DNA of 64,000 nucleotides from Macrostomum lignano (GCA_002269645.1 NIVC01001234.1:62001-126000), one strand, 5' to 3'; positions 1 to 12,400 are shown, counted from the first letter of the stretch. A program made the numbers and translations. Notes: generated from the letters alone by a model not told the origin.

Positions 1-1
1 C

Positions 2-1021
2 TGAGGCCAAGTGGACATTGGCGGGCTTGTTGGTACACTGAAACTTCTTGTGGGGGCCTCCGCAGTTGAAGCAGCTAATCTTAGGCTTTAGGCTTTGCGG
101 TCTCTGAATCGTCCTTTGTTTATCCATAGCATTGGACGCCGTCGCCCCCTCAGAGGTCTCTTGGCTCGGGTGTCCTGGTGTTCCGCCGCCCTTGTCGCTG
201 TTTCTTGCCATTGCGTAGTCATCGGCCAGTTTCGCAGCCTCTTTGATGTCCTTCGGTTTTCTCTCTCGCATCCACACCTGGAGTCCTCTTGTCAGAGAGT
301 CCGTAAACTGCTCCAGAAGCACTTTCTGCCTGACGATGGAGTCGCCACTTATCAGTTCCTCTCTCTGATCCTCGTCCAGCCCAGCTGTCATCCATCGGAC
401 AAACAGGTCTTCCAGCTTTGTCGCGAACACCTGGAAGGTCTCTTCAGGCGCCTTCCGCAAAGACCGAAATCGCTGTCGGTAGGTCTCCTCGCCGATGTTG
501 TATCTCGCTAAGATGGTCGCCTTTGCCAAGTCGTAGTCCGCGCTCGCCGCTGACGTCAGACTGTGGAATGCGCTCTGCGCAACGCCCGTCAGTAGCGGTG
601 CCAGCCGAATCGTCCACTCTGACTTTTGCCATCCACACGATGCCGCTGCCCTTTCGAAGGTCATCAGGAATGCCTCGATGTCATCAGAGTCCGTCAGCTT
701 AAACAGCTTGGGCTCCGCTGCTTGTGGTCGTGGCTTAGACTCGGCCAGGAGCTTTGTGAACTCCGCTTGTTGACGAGCCAGTTGCTCCAGGTAGAATGCT
801 GACTGTCTTTCTTGCGCGCGAGTCATTTCTTGTAGCTGCTGACTCTGGTGCGTCAGGAGCATCTTCATTGTCTCCATCAGATTCGCGCCCTCCAGCGTAG
901 CTGAATCTTGGATTCCGCTGGCTTCTTCAGCATTGTCTTCGGAGCCTTCTCCGAGCGCCCCGTCTTGGGAACGCAGGTTGTACGGGTGCTTCGAGCCCGC
1001 ACCGCTGCCACCATGTTGCAT
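2..1021 (-). mobile_element. gag: Gag ORF of a Gmr1-like Ty3/gypsy LTR retrotransposon (SCAN-related capsid region plus zinc knuckle), running off the left edge
   Basis: Manual translation gives 340 open codons: MQHGGSGAGSKHPYNLRS...KLFKLTDSDDIEAFLMTFERAAASCGWQKSEWTIRLAPLLTGVAQSAF...KVLLEQFTDSLTRGLQVWMRERKPKDIKEAAKLADDY...CFNCGGPHKKFQC. The capsid motifs match Gmr1/SCAN-type gag and the ORF ends in a CCHC knuckle. It is absent from the ORF track because no stop codon lies inside the window. Confidence 0.85.
1000..1013 (-). promoter_or_regulatory. Primer-binding site complementary to the tRNA-Leu 3' end
   Basis: The minus strand reads TGGTGGCAGCGGTG directly after the LTR end ...TGCAACA. Eukaryotic tRNA-Leu(AAG/TAG) ends ...CACCGCTGCCACCA. 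Confidence 0.85.
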
Positions 1022-1326
1022 TCTTGTAAATAAATAAGAATGATATTGATTGTCCAAGGCTCCTAACTGAGCCAAAACCAAGAAAACAAGTATCGCCCTC
1101 TGGCGCGCACCAGGTCTATTTATAGACTTATCAAAAATGGGGTGGCACAAAGAAAAGTCCACCGTCACAGCTGCGCAACCTGTGACCCACTCTTGGACTA
1201 GACCGCGCACTTCCTCTTCGATTTTGCGATTTGGTGCTAACGAATGGGAAACTTGAGAATTACCGGCCTACTAACTTAAGTGTGATTGAGACTCCATGAG
1301 AATTCCTTGTCGAGCAAAACAAAACA
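1014..1326 (-). mobile_element. 5' LTR of the Gmr1-like element (outer boundary approximate)
   Basis: It ends in ...CA next to the PBS and carries a minus-strand TATA box (CTATAAATA, 1117-1125). The outer TG end at ~1326 is a guess because the second LTR is outside the window. Confidence 0.6.
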
Positions 1327-1835
1327 TGACCAGGTTGCTTGATTTAGTGAGGCATGAAAATGGTCTCAAATTATTTTCCAGCTTGCTACTCGTAGACATC
1401 TAGACAAGCGAGTGTTTGATGCTTCACCACAAAGCCTTTGTGCTTGGACGAACAGCAACGCAAGCTTGAGGTCGATGCGTCGCTTCACCTCACTGCGTTT
1501 TAAGAAAAAATTTCTGCCATATTGATTGACTCCTGGATTCACAACGGCTTTGAGCAACTCGATGGGATATTTTAACAGAAATTGACATCAAAAGGTTGCT
1601 GCCAGCTGTCCGTTCGATCCGAATCGAATCCAAACCGAATCGCCCTGCCGCCTTTGAGCCGCCGCGTCAGTCGAGTTTCCCGTTCTGACTGATAATTGAT
1701 TGTTTTGGGAGGAGCCGGCGCCGCTCCGTCGGCCTTAAATCCCAATCACCCTGCGTGTTGCGCTTCCCAAACCGCTATCCTTAGCCGAGAGCCGAGTCTG
1801 TGAATCCCCAGACTGGAGTTCCTTATCGCAGTGAC

Positions 1836-3048
1836 ATGGCCTCAGACCAGGACCTGCTGATGGCATTCAAGACCATAGACAAGTCTAACTCCGGGGAGAT
1901 CACGGCGGACGAGCTGAGGACTTACCTGTACAAGAAGCGCTATAATGAGCTGTTTGTTCAGGTGCGCAAACTGAATTGAGCTCGCATCGCTTTTACACCA
2001 AAATGGTACCAGCGCCGCGATTTTTAACATTTCAGAGATACTTGCGCCTCTTCGATCGAAACCGGGACGGCAAGATCACTCTGGAGGAGTACCAGAACAC
2101 GCTCAAGGAGATTCCCAAGGCTCAGAGAGAGTAAGAATTATGCAGCTTCATTTCACCTCTAGTTAATGGGAGATTAATTAGAAGTGAGAATTTCGACTCT
2201 TTCATGGTTCTTTAAAGATATAATTTTCAAACGATGACTCATCAAGCCTTGTAAATAATAATGAGTTTGCAGTTAGGACCTCATTTGGCTCCAGGCTACC
2301 CCAGCCGTAGGTCTGCTATCTTGTGATGCAGCCCCCATAGGGGATTCAATAATAGGTGGCCCGAGCTTATGCTCCTGGTGGACCCACGCTTATTCTCAGC
2401 AGTAGTGAATAACAGGGCTGATCCGCGCCTCACGGCAGCCTCGTTTAACAACAAAACACGTGAGCTGCATGTCTCACCGCCTTTTGCACTAGGGATTTAA
2501 CCTGATGATGGTTAATTGAATTGGTGCTAATGAGTTCTCTCGGTTTCAGTAATAAATATAGCCAAACAGGTAGTCTGAATGGAAAATTTATAAACTGACA
2601 CTAAAGGTGCAGTATTTATGCAAACGTTTTTTCACACCTGGAATACAGAAAAGCTGTCGTTGTTTCATCACGTTATTTGGTGCTAAGATTGCGTTTGCCT
2701 GATTATTAATTAATTACCTGATTCCACTAACAGTCATGGATAATGAATGTGCTAATTTGGCGAATTTCTACTCTTAGTAGCTACGGCTAAAAGTGCCGCT
2801 TATTTCTCTCACACAATCGAATCGAAAGGTACAGCCAGTGGCGCGAGTTGTTAGAGACCATCGACAAGGACGGCAACGGGCACATTACGAAGAAGGAGCT
2901 GAAATCCGTGGTTCGCCAGATGGGCTCGAACTCGCTGCTGAAGCTGGCCGACTTCGATCGCTTCTTCGAGGAGGGGGACTCGGACTACAGCGGCAAGCTG
3001 AACTATCGAGAGTTCCTGGACTGGCTGGACAGGTCCCAGAATGCCTGA
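1836..3048 (+). CDS. Calmodulin-superfamily four-EF-hand calcium-binding protein, 146 aa, 3 exons
   Basis: Exons 1836-1961, 2036-2130 and 2829-3048 have GT/AG borders and total 441 nt. The four EF loops are DKSNSGEITADE, DRNRDGKITLEE, DKDGNGHITKKE and DSDYSGKLNYRE. It is too divergent to be calmodulin itself. Confidence 0.9.
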
Positions 3049-3902
3049 CTGCCCAATGCAGACTTGATTCATTTCAGTAACAATTTTTAAACGACTTGTC
3101 TGCCTATTGAACCACTTTTTGAATGCATTGCTCAGTGGAATATAGTGGAGCGAGAGTTTGAAAATAATTGAAAATATCATTGGAGCCATAGGCAAATTCT
3201 GTCAAGGAGATTCGATAGAAATGCATGAAATTGATGACAAGAAAAAGCCGGAATTTAGTAGAATTTCACGAAAAAAATGCTTGATAAACTTGTCAGTGCA
3301 CTTCAGACAAAAAAACCGAACTTGTCATTCGTAGTTCAAAGGCCCAGAAGGTGAGAAATTTTGAAGTTTTTGCAAAAAAAACTAAAGATTCCTGTCTTGC
3401 TAATGATTTATGAGTGTTGCGTCTTTCTGCTTGAGTGTTTACACAGCTTATCAGCTTTGCCAGACTGCCAACTCAGCACTCGAATTTTCTGGGGGGGGGG
3501 GCTCCAGTGGCTGCCGCGGTGTCCGACATGTGTCAGGCGAAGGACCCCAGCTTACCGCATATCGGTCTGGGAGGCAAGTGGGCATGGGGCTGGGAGCTAC
3601 AGAACATGCTTGAAGTGCTGTCGCTTCCTCCCTTAAAAATAAAACTGGAGGCAAGGAAGTGTATTTGAGAGCAGCTGGCGAGCTCATTCTTGTCGAATTT
3701 CTTTCCCGCTGAGTGGCCCGAAAATTTCTCTCGAAATCGAATCGAGAAAACTATTTTGGGAAATTGAGTTGACATATTTGCTTAAAAATTGGACTTCTAT
3801 GCGAGTCTATAGTGAGAGACATAAACAGATACAGCATAAGGACGCTCGCTATACCCGAAAATCGTACAAATTTTGCTGGATACCGGGATTCGCTCCAGAA
3901 CG

Positions 3903-4500
3903 CATTGGCGAGATAGGCGTATTGCTACTGTGGTAAATCACATTGGCGAGATAGGCGTATTGCTACTGTGGTAAATCACATCGGCGAGATAGGCGTATTG
4001 CTACTGTGGTAAATCACATCGGCGAGATAGGCGTATTGCTACTGTGGTAAATCACATCGGCGAGATAGGCGTATTGCTACTGTGGTAAATCACATCGGCG
4101 AGATAGGCGTATTGCTACTGTGGTAAATCACATTGGCGAGATAGGCGTATTGCTACTGTGGTAAATCACATCGGCGAGATAGGCGTATTGCTACTGTGGT
4201 AAATCACATTGGCGAGATAGGCGTATTGCTACTGTGGTAAATCACATTGGCGAGATAGGACTGTGGTAATTCACATTGGCGAGATAGGCGTATTGCTACT
4301 GTGGTAAATCACATTGGCGAGATAGGCGTATTGCTACTGTGGTAAATCACATTGGCGAGATAGGACTGTGGTAATTCACATCGGCGAGATAGGCGTATTG
4401 CTACTGTGGTAAATCACATTGGCGAGATAGGCGTATTGCTACTGTGGTAAATCACATTGGCGAGATAGGCGTATTGCTACTGTGGTAAATCATATTGGCA
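3903..4500. repeat. 38-bp minisatellite, ~16 copies
   Basis: Unit CATTGGCGAGATAGGCGTATTGCTACTGTGGTAAATCA, with two 29-bp variant units at 4245 and 4350. Confidence 0.95.
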
Positions 4501-6139
4501 AGTGCCGCCAGCAAGGGAGCCAATAGCGGGGGGAATTACCTTTCAACGGATGGCATCTGTTGATGGTGTCGACGGCGTCGGAGCTTTGGAGTCCGAGTTC
4601 TTAAGACGGAATGCTTGAGATTCTATAGCTGAGAATATCCATCAGTTGAGGCTTCCCTTGAAAAGCCTTGTGTCGCAGCAGGATATCCATAGTCCCCTGA
4701 GGCCAGCCGTTGAAGGTCCAGAAGCTCCGTCTGGGTAAAGACCAGTGACCAACGAAGTCATAGCTGATGCAGACACATGTGGTCGACGTGCTGATGAAAG
4801 TTGGAGGCTTGGAAAGGCTGCACTGAGGCGCAGTGCTGATTGGCGCACAGGGTGTATTGGATATGGGAAAAATCCGACCTTCTTGTAGCCTGCGTTGCTC
4901 CGTTCCGGCACTTTGCCAAAGCAATCATCGAGCATTGATGTTCTTCATCTTTAATGGGCGCATCTCAGCAGAGTAATTTGTGCGATGTGTCGTCCTGCGG
5001 TCATACAGAAGACTTGGCTAAAACTAAATTTACTCGTAAACATATTGTCTGTCCGGAGCATTCAGTCTAACATAGAGATGCTCTTGATAATTTACTTCCT
5101 TCCTTGGCTTAAAATTTGCCGACTAAACAAGGATGAGTAAGGCAAGACGTAATTAAAGTCTGCCCGAGAAGCTTATCTATACATAGTGTTGCAGTCCATA
5201 GCATTTGCGCCAACTAAGGATTCACCACAGACATTCTTATTTGATCCAGCGTGCAAGAATGCTTTGGAAGTCACCATATGCGTGCAGAAATGCAAGTGTC
5301 AATGGTAAAAGCATCTTGAATTTGCATGTGCACTCCGTGCAGGAATTTCAATCGTGCAAGAATGTAATGCGCAATGTTTCTATATTTAGCAGAACAGCCA
5401 TAGACTACAAGCATAATCTTCTTTCCATCGTGCAAGAATGTTCAGACTAGCTCGCGCATATTTTGTCTATGGTTCAAGTCTAACTCCATACCCCCAGGTC
5501 CACCCTTTTCTACTTTAGCCACACATGTTGGATGAAATAAGAATGGGAATCAGGCACTTTGACTTGTGCGTCTATGGAAAAAACCCTCGTGCGCTACGCG
5601 CACTCGTGTTTCAGCCATTGACGCACTCGTCAGCGTGCTAGATTCCTCCAGTCTCGGTGGGCGTGAAACCCGTTTCATGCTCACCCGCCCACTGTCTTTG
5701 CACTGAATCAGTGGGGTTTGGGCCACAGACATTCTCACTGAGGGGCCTGCCATGCGTTTCAACCTCGATCATTGTTTGTGTTGTGCATTAGAGCTCAGCC
5801 TATAACGTTGGTACATTATTGTTTTCCTGTTTATGTGACAAGCTTCGCTCAACTTTCGTTCTGTTGCTGTTTAGTTAGTCTATGGCATTATACTCTTTCT
5901 TTCGCAGAGCTCCCCTCTTGGTTTCAGCCCTTTTTCTCCTCAAGACCCCGTCTGGAGCTACGCGCTCAAGATTCCTGATTCATCCGTCAAATACAAACGA
6001 TAGCTTTGCACCGCTTATCATCTTAATCTCGACACACATCAGTTTGAGTACCCGTTTCCTCACATTTCATTGTTAGAGTTTTTGGTCAAAAAAACCTTTT
6101 ACTGCTCTTTTCTGTACTTAATAGTTATGTTTACGCGTA

Positions 6140-6445
6140 TGCACGGATGCGGCTACCTTTGCCTCTCCAACGCAAATTGCGCACTCAACTTGCTGGTCTA
6201 GGAGAGATCGGAACCGAAGCCGATGCACATGAAACAATCAATATCAAATTTGACAAGTTAAGCTGTCATCAGAAGAGCTGTGTATTAATTTTGGACGAAA
6301 TATATGTCTAACCATCCGTCCGCTATCGATGCAAGCATCTGCTCGATCAGGCGTCCGAAAATCCTTAAGAAAGCTGCTCGAACAGTGCTCGAAATTACGT
6401 GGAAACCGATATTTGGCAGCAAGCCAGTCGTTGTGCGACTAATTG
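6140..6445 (+). pseudogene. Decayed P-element/THAP9-like transposase fragment
   Basis: Translation LAGLGEIGTEADAHETINIKFDKLSCHQKSCVLILDEIYV*PSVRYR...AARTVLEITWKPIFGSKPVVVRLI resembles the P-type catalytic 'CvLilDEiyvkp' region. It contains in-frame stops. Confidence 0.6.
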
Positions 6446-6689
6446 TCTGCATTTCTTCTTAGCTTAGAGTTCTTGCATCTGCAGCTGCGAACGCGAAGGT
6501 GTAGTCATCTTCCCAATCACAGCGGAGGTCGGGTCGTAGCATTTGTCTGTGACAAGCATTCCACAATCAGGAAGTGTTTCTCTCTATGAATGAATGAACT
6601 GAATGAAAACTGAATGAATGAAATTGATGAAGTTCAGTCACAGGAAAGTAGGCATATGTTATTCCTACGATCAAACTTTCTGAAGATCC

Positions 6690-7590
6690 GTAGTCAATCT
6701 TCACTTTGGCTCTTGCGCCTGCTGAGTCCTTCGATTCAGTCACAGCGACAGTGTTGATTTCTTCGCCATTCGCTTCGTTGCCACTTTTCTCTTCCGGTTG
6801 CTCAGACATCCGGATATTTCTGGTGTTCATTCTGCTCCCTGCCTTTAGACTTAGTCTGCATTCTTGCTTGATGTGCCCGTTTTTTTGGCAAAATTTGCAT
6901 TCCATGTTTCGAGCAAAGCAATCCCAGGGACGGTGGCCTGTCCTTTTGCATCTGTAGCAGACTCGATCGCACTTTTTTGGTGCTTGGACTGTAGCTTGGC
7001 AGTTGGTCTGCAGTCTATTTTGCTGACTCATTGGATGGTTTTTCAATGTCTTTAGCCTGGGTTGCTTCGAAATTCTTGCTGATTTTCACTGCTGGTGAGG
7101 TCAGAGCCTTCCTTTAGCAGCAGAGTCCTTAGCGGCTTTGAAAAGCTCTGTAGGACTATCAGATCGCGTAGCAGACGATCCTCGAAGCTGAGCTTCACTG
7201 TGCTCTCTTTTCCTTCAGGCTTGAACTCGACGTTCAATTTTTAGCTTTTCGGTCTCATGGACACTGTTAGATGCACCTTGAAATAGAGAGCTAAGCGCTT
7301 CCTTCGTTGCTTCGTAGCCTTGTTCATAGCTTACAGTTTGCAGCAAATTTCGGATTTTTGGCTCTGCTAGAAGCAATAATATCGCTTGCTACTTTTCGTC
7401 AGCTATTCCTTGCAATTCCATGAACACCTCGACTTTTTGCACATAGTCGTTCCACTTATCTGCATTGTTGAGCGGATCTTCGTCTGGATCAATGTGCCCA
7501 ATGCTGTAGAAATGTGCTGAGGCCATTTTCTTAATAGTAACATCCTCTTGGGTTACGGACGTAGCTTTTCTCTTTTCACCGCTGCTACCA
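6690..7590 (-). mobile_element. Degenerate Ty3/gypsy gag remnant with a tRNA-Leu-like PBS
   Basis: PBS-like TGGTAGCAGCGGTG at 7577-7590. Downstream are the gag N-terminus (IGHIDPDED...WNDYVQKVEVFMELQGI) and twin zinc knuckles (CYRCKRTGHRPWDC, CKFCQKNGHIKQEC), broken by stops and frameshifts. Confidence 0.75.
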
Positions 7591-9467
7591 ATCTTTTCTC
7601 TCATCCCATCTCTCATCTCTCATCTTCTTTTACCTCTCCTTTCCACTCTCATCAGACCCGCAGCCATAAGCTGTATTCTTATCCGGCTCTTTAGGTAAAA
7701 AAGTTTGCTAATCCCTGGTTTAGAGCCGCTGGGAATACCTCCGGTTAAAAGTGGGAGCACCAATAATGCTACAAGCAATTTAATGGTACCAGGCTAATCG
7801 TCAAGCAACTCTTTCCGAGTGTGATTGAGGAAATCGTGACAGGATCTGGCAAAAGGCAATCTGTGTTTATTAGGAGAATTTCAAAGATTCCATCAAACTT
7901 GTCTTTTTGTTCAAGCAAGTACGAATCCCAGTGAAGGCTTTCTTTTCCCTGACCAAAACAAAGACCAGGGACAGTCGCTAAGAATTTTCGCAATCAACTT
8001 TGAGTCGCCCTGCTTCTCATATGGCCAACTTTATGTTGAATGCTCATGCGTTGGAACTGCAGCTGGCCTCCTCATCTTTGCTCCCCTGAGAAACAATGAA
8101 TTTGGCTTTGCTGATGCCTTGCATACTTACTCTGCTTAGTTTCTCTAGAAAGTTTAAACAGTATAATTACTTGTCTCCTCTCACTTAGTCTTAGACCAGG
8201 GGCGCAGCCAGGAATTCTTTATGGGGGGGGGGGCAAGACTACTTTAAAAGAGGGGCCCAGCCTCTGGAAAGATGGGCGCAAAGCCTGCTGGAAAAGGGCG
8301 CCACATGCTTTGCCAGTTGATTGGGAGGGGGCAGCAATCGCCATCGCTTCTTCATTTTACTTAAAAGCTACCAATTAATCTCAACTCCTTACTTAAAAAT
8401 ATATGCAATTAGATTATTGTCCTGATGCTGTAAGTGTTTGTATAATCTTAGATTCTATTCTTTGTATTCTATCCAAAAATATACTTTGTAACACAAATTT
8501 ACTCCAAGTTTTTATTACCTCTATACTTAAACAAGTTTTTGTTTGAGTATGACTTCAGACAAAGGATTGCATACAAAAAACCCTAAGGTAGTTCCCGGGA
8601 TTTTAATTTCGCGGGTTCAACATCCGCGGATTTCAACACACATATACCGACAGACCATTTTTAGTATATAGGAATAAGAGAGGCGGATCTTAACATTTTA
8701 CTCGATAAAACGGAAAAAAGTTGTCCAAAGTCGCACAGGTGTCAAGCAGGAACTGGAGCGGGGTGGGCCAACTCAGTGTTTCTCGCGGAACTGCTGATCT
8801 TCCCCTGGGGTGGGATGCGACTCAAGACTCGCCGCTCGATCTTGGCAGCAGCTGCCAGGCGCTGGGCTCATGCACGCGCGTTCCGGAGAGCGGCCGACGG
8901 CCTGCGCCAGCAGAGGTAGAGAAGCCGCCTCGACTGTCCGCATTTTTGCTGACTCAAATTGCTGAGGCTCCACGACAAAAGTGGGGGGGGGGGGTAATTC
9001 AGGAAATCGATAGCCCGTCAAGGAAGATAAAATTGGCCAAGCCGCGCTGCGCTCGAAACTGCGCTCTCTTCTTCGAGGAGAAACTCTACAAGCTCGCGAC
9101 ATGTTACCAACCATGGCTCAAGCCGGTTGGTGCCTGCTCTTTGCAATTTGCCTGGGCGGCATAACTGCCTGTAAGTTTCTTTCAGGGTCGGTTGCATTGC
9201 GGGTAGTGTTGTCAGGAGTCAAATTACCTTCATAGCTCGTAGATGATTAGTCTCTACTCGCAGACTAAGAACTTACTCTAAAGAACTGCTTGGATTGTTT
9301 TGGTGGTGAGGATATCTTTAAAATTCTGTGGGATGTTTCCATATCTTGGCGCATATTTATAGTTAATTGAAAGTAATGCGCCGCTGCAAGCAGATTATCC
9401 TGCAAGCACGTGATTGGCACAAGTTGTCATCCAGCAGTGACTGAATAGAGCAATTGTATAGCTCCTA

Positions 9468-12400
9468 ATGCTGACGAAGAATGCCTTAGTGGTGCTACTC
9501 GTAGTATGAGACTATTGTATCATAATTACTGTTGCATCTTTTCAATCCATGTTGTCAGATTTTATAGCATCTGCGCCTATTCAGTATTTGCCTTTAGGAA
9601 TGAAACCAAAATTGTAGAAGGATTTTTATGGGAAATATTTCTACGAAGAGCAATTATCACTTTTGCGGTGGTGATTAAAACTTTCAAACTTTGTACATCG
9701 AAGCTCAAAGAAAGAACAAAACGTCCTAAAAAACACGCATTGTAGCCCATGGCTTCGAATACAAAGGATGCTACAAAGATAGTAGAAATCGTGACCTGCC
9801 AAAACTGGCACAGTCATCGTCCAGCATGAGCGTGGAGAGGTGTGGCCGTCTGTGCAGCTCGTACCGCTACTTCGGTGTGCAGTTCTCCAAGGAGTGCTGG
9901 TGCGGCAACTCGTACGGCAAGCACGGAAAGCGACCAGGACGCGAGTGCAACATGGCCTGCAGAGGCAACTCCAGGGAGAAGTGCGGCTCTCACTGGAGAA
10001 ATAATGTCTATGCAACTCGGTCGACTGGCTCCCGTGAGTACATTCTCCGCATCAACACCTGAAAACGCTTGACATGACGCTGGCCAGAAAAGAGAGTACA
10101 GTATCGATATATACGCGCCGCTTGCCCTTGTAGACAGCACATGAACTGCAGGGTCCACCAATGAAAGGGTTAGCTTTAAAATCGCTGTCTCTCTAGGCTC
10201 AGTGGATCTAAAATAAACATTACTAGCTCGTACGTTTAGTTCTCCTTGACAGTGGTCGGCAAAAATTTAAGGTCTATTTCAACTTGCAAGTAGCCTATTT
10301 AATGATGACATGAGTGGTGGCCGATAGAATTACAAAATACAGTTACGTACTACGTACATGAAAGCTTAGAGAGGTGGCCAGACAAAGCGAAGAAAACGGG
10401 AGAGAATGATGTGCATTTACGATGCGTGCGGATAATATAGGTTACTTAGTTAGTGCCCAGAGTTTAGCATTTGGCCCTACCCCAAACACTATACGAGCGT
10501 ATATCCAAGTTTCCTTGATGCATCTGTAATATAGCCCATTTTGATGAATCCTGACGGTGTCTACACGGATCAGAGTCCCTGATCTAAAAATATCCCGATG
10601 CCTTTGTCATCAGTTTAACTCCTTACGCATTTTGTGCTCACCAAATTCAATTGTGTTTTACAAATGCTCACTTGGCTTACTTTATTAAATTCGATATGGA
10701 TTTAAAGTTTTTAATATGCAGTTGCCGTTTCTAATATGCAACACTAGCTCGTAAAACTTACACTCGAATTTTGAATAATATTATGAAACGTTAAATGCCC
10801 ACGAGCGCTAGGCTGCAAACGGGTGAGATCTACACCGTCAAGCCTGTCGAGCTACAAGTCCAAGGTCGGTCAGTGCTTCGAGTTCCGAGTGACTGGTCGA
10901 TTGAGAGGAAACGTGTGGGGGAGCGGGATCTACACTGCCGACTCGTCGCTTAGCAAGGCCGCCGTACATGCAGGAATTGTGAGGAACGGCCAGACAAAGT
11001 ACATCCGTGTTCGAGTGTTGAGGGGTCGCAGCTCGTACCGATCCACTAGACGCAACGGCGTCAAGACGAGACGCTACGGCAGATACAGGCTTAGCTACAA
11101 GTTCATCGGCTCGCGATCGGTTCCTAGCAAGAAGCCTAGGTGTAAGTTTCGCTAGTCGTATGTCATGGTATTCTGAAGCTGTTTATAATGAAAATCACTT
11201 TGATTTCGATAAAATATACATTTCCTATCGCCGACTGAGTTTTACGTTGCATGTGTAATCACAATGAAGAAAAAGTATAATATTTTTTGCAGCATGCCCA
11301 TCAGGATCAAGGTTGTCTGTGACCTCGCGTCGCACCTGCCGCTGTGCTCCGATATCTCCTGGACGGAAGTTGGGCTCGCTGATCTTTGTTATTGACATTA
11401 CCGGAAGCATGGGAAGCGTGATTAACTCGGTAAAGAGCAACATCCGGCGAATTCTCTCTGCTAACACTCGATTTAGCAACTATGTTGTTGCAACCTTTGG
11501 CGATCCGTATGTGAGGCGAGTAATCAAGACGAGGAGTATCACTGCTGTGAGAAACTTCCTGAAAAGATTGTCTGCCAGAGGAGGCGGTGACTGTCCCGAG
11601 TACGCTATGTCAGGAGCTCTGGATGCTGCAAAGAGCGCGAACTCGAACTCCGTCATGCTCCTGTTTACTGACGCTTCAGCCAAGGACAAGAGACGAGTGG
11701 GCCAGGTGTCTTCACTGGCGAAGAGGAAGCGAATTCGAGTGTTTACCGTCGAGAGCGGAAACATGTGTGGAAAAGCGCCAGAGTTTAAGCAGTTGGCCCG
11801 GAAGTCTTTTGGAGAGGTCTCCCGACTACGATCTGGCACTTTCAACAAGGTAGGGCGTTTTATTAGAGATTCAGCTATGGCATGGCTTGCTCACGGACAA
11901 CAAGAACAACGACAAACGTATAAGTATTTTCTACTCGTATTTCTATCCACAGTTGATGGAGTTCCTCAGACGCGCCGTAAAAGGAAGAATCAGCTTCAGT
12001 GCATTCCCAAGAAGCCCGTCGGCGCTCAAAAGGGCTCTCAGAGGCAGTGAGTATTTCTTTTTAACATACCTTACATACGAGCAACAGTTGCAGCCAAGAG
12101 GATTATCCGTGGCATTGAAACCTACTCGTAATTTACTACTTATGGTATGAAACAGGCGCGGAGCCTGTTAAATTGGATAATAATTTACTATAAAAGGGAC
12201 TCCACAAACATCAGTTACCTGACAGTAACGATTTCAATAATATAATTGCAGAATGCCGTTGTCGAATTGTCAGGCACCGTCGATGCAAACGAGTTTCATC
12301 GCGTGAGTGCCAGATTATTTTTTATGGTGCAATACCACTATCTAAATTCGGCTTTTAAATAATATTATGAAACGTTAAATGCCCACGAGCGCTAGGCTGC

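Noticed and set aside
2320-2425. Intronic C/D snoRNA candidate in EF-hand intron 2
   Set aside because: The C box is imperfect (GTGATGC), there is no terminal stem, and no target was identified.
3903-4500. CRISPR-like appearance of 38-bp repeats (also the 54- and 55-bp arrays)
   Set aside because: The units are head-to-tail with no unique spacers, there are no cas genes, and the context is eukaryotic.
4788-4825. Hammerhead ribozyme core candidates (CTGATGA...GAAA), also at ~2503 and ~7640
   Set aside because: Stem II and the GAAA register do not fit the core consensus, and no stems I/III were found.
4540-5460. Coding-looking minus-strand fragments (e.g. YGCSAKYRN) suggesting a decayed DNA transposase
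   Set aside because: There are too many stops and frameshifts to assign a family without a search.
8197-8360. CAGGGGCGCAGCCAGGAATT...G-run, resembling a non-autonomous DNA transposon end (similar G-runs at ~3490 and ~8985)
   Set aside because: No matching second terminus or TSD could be located.
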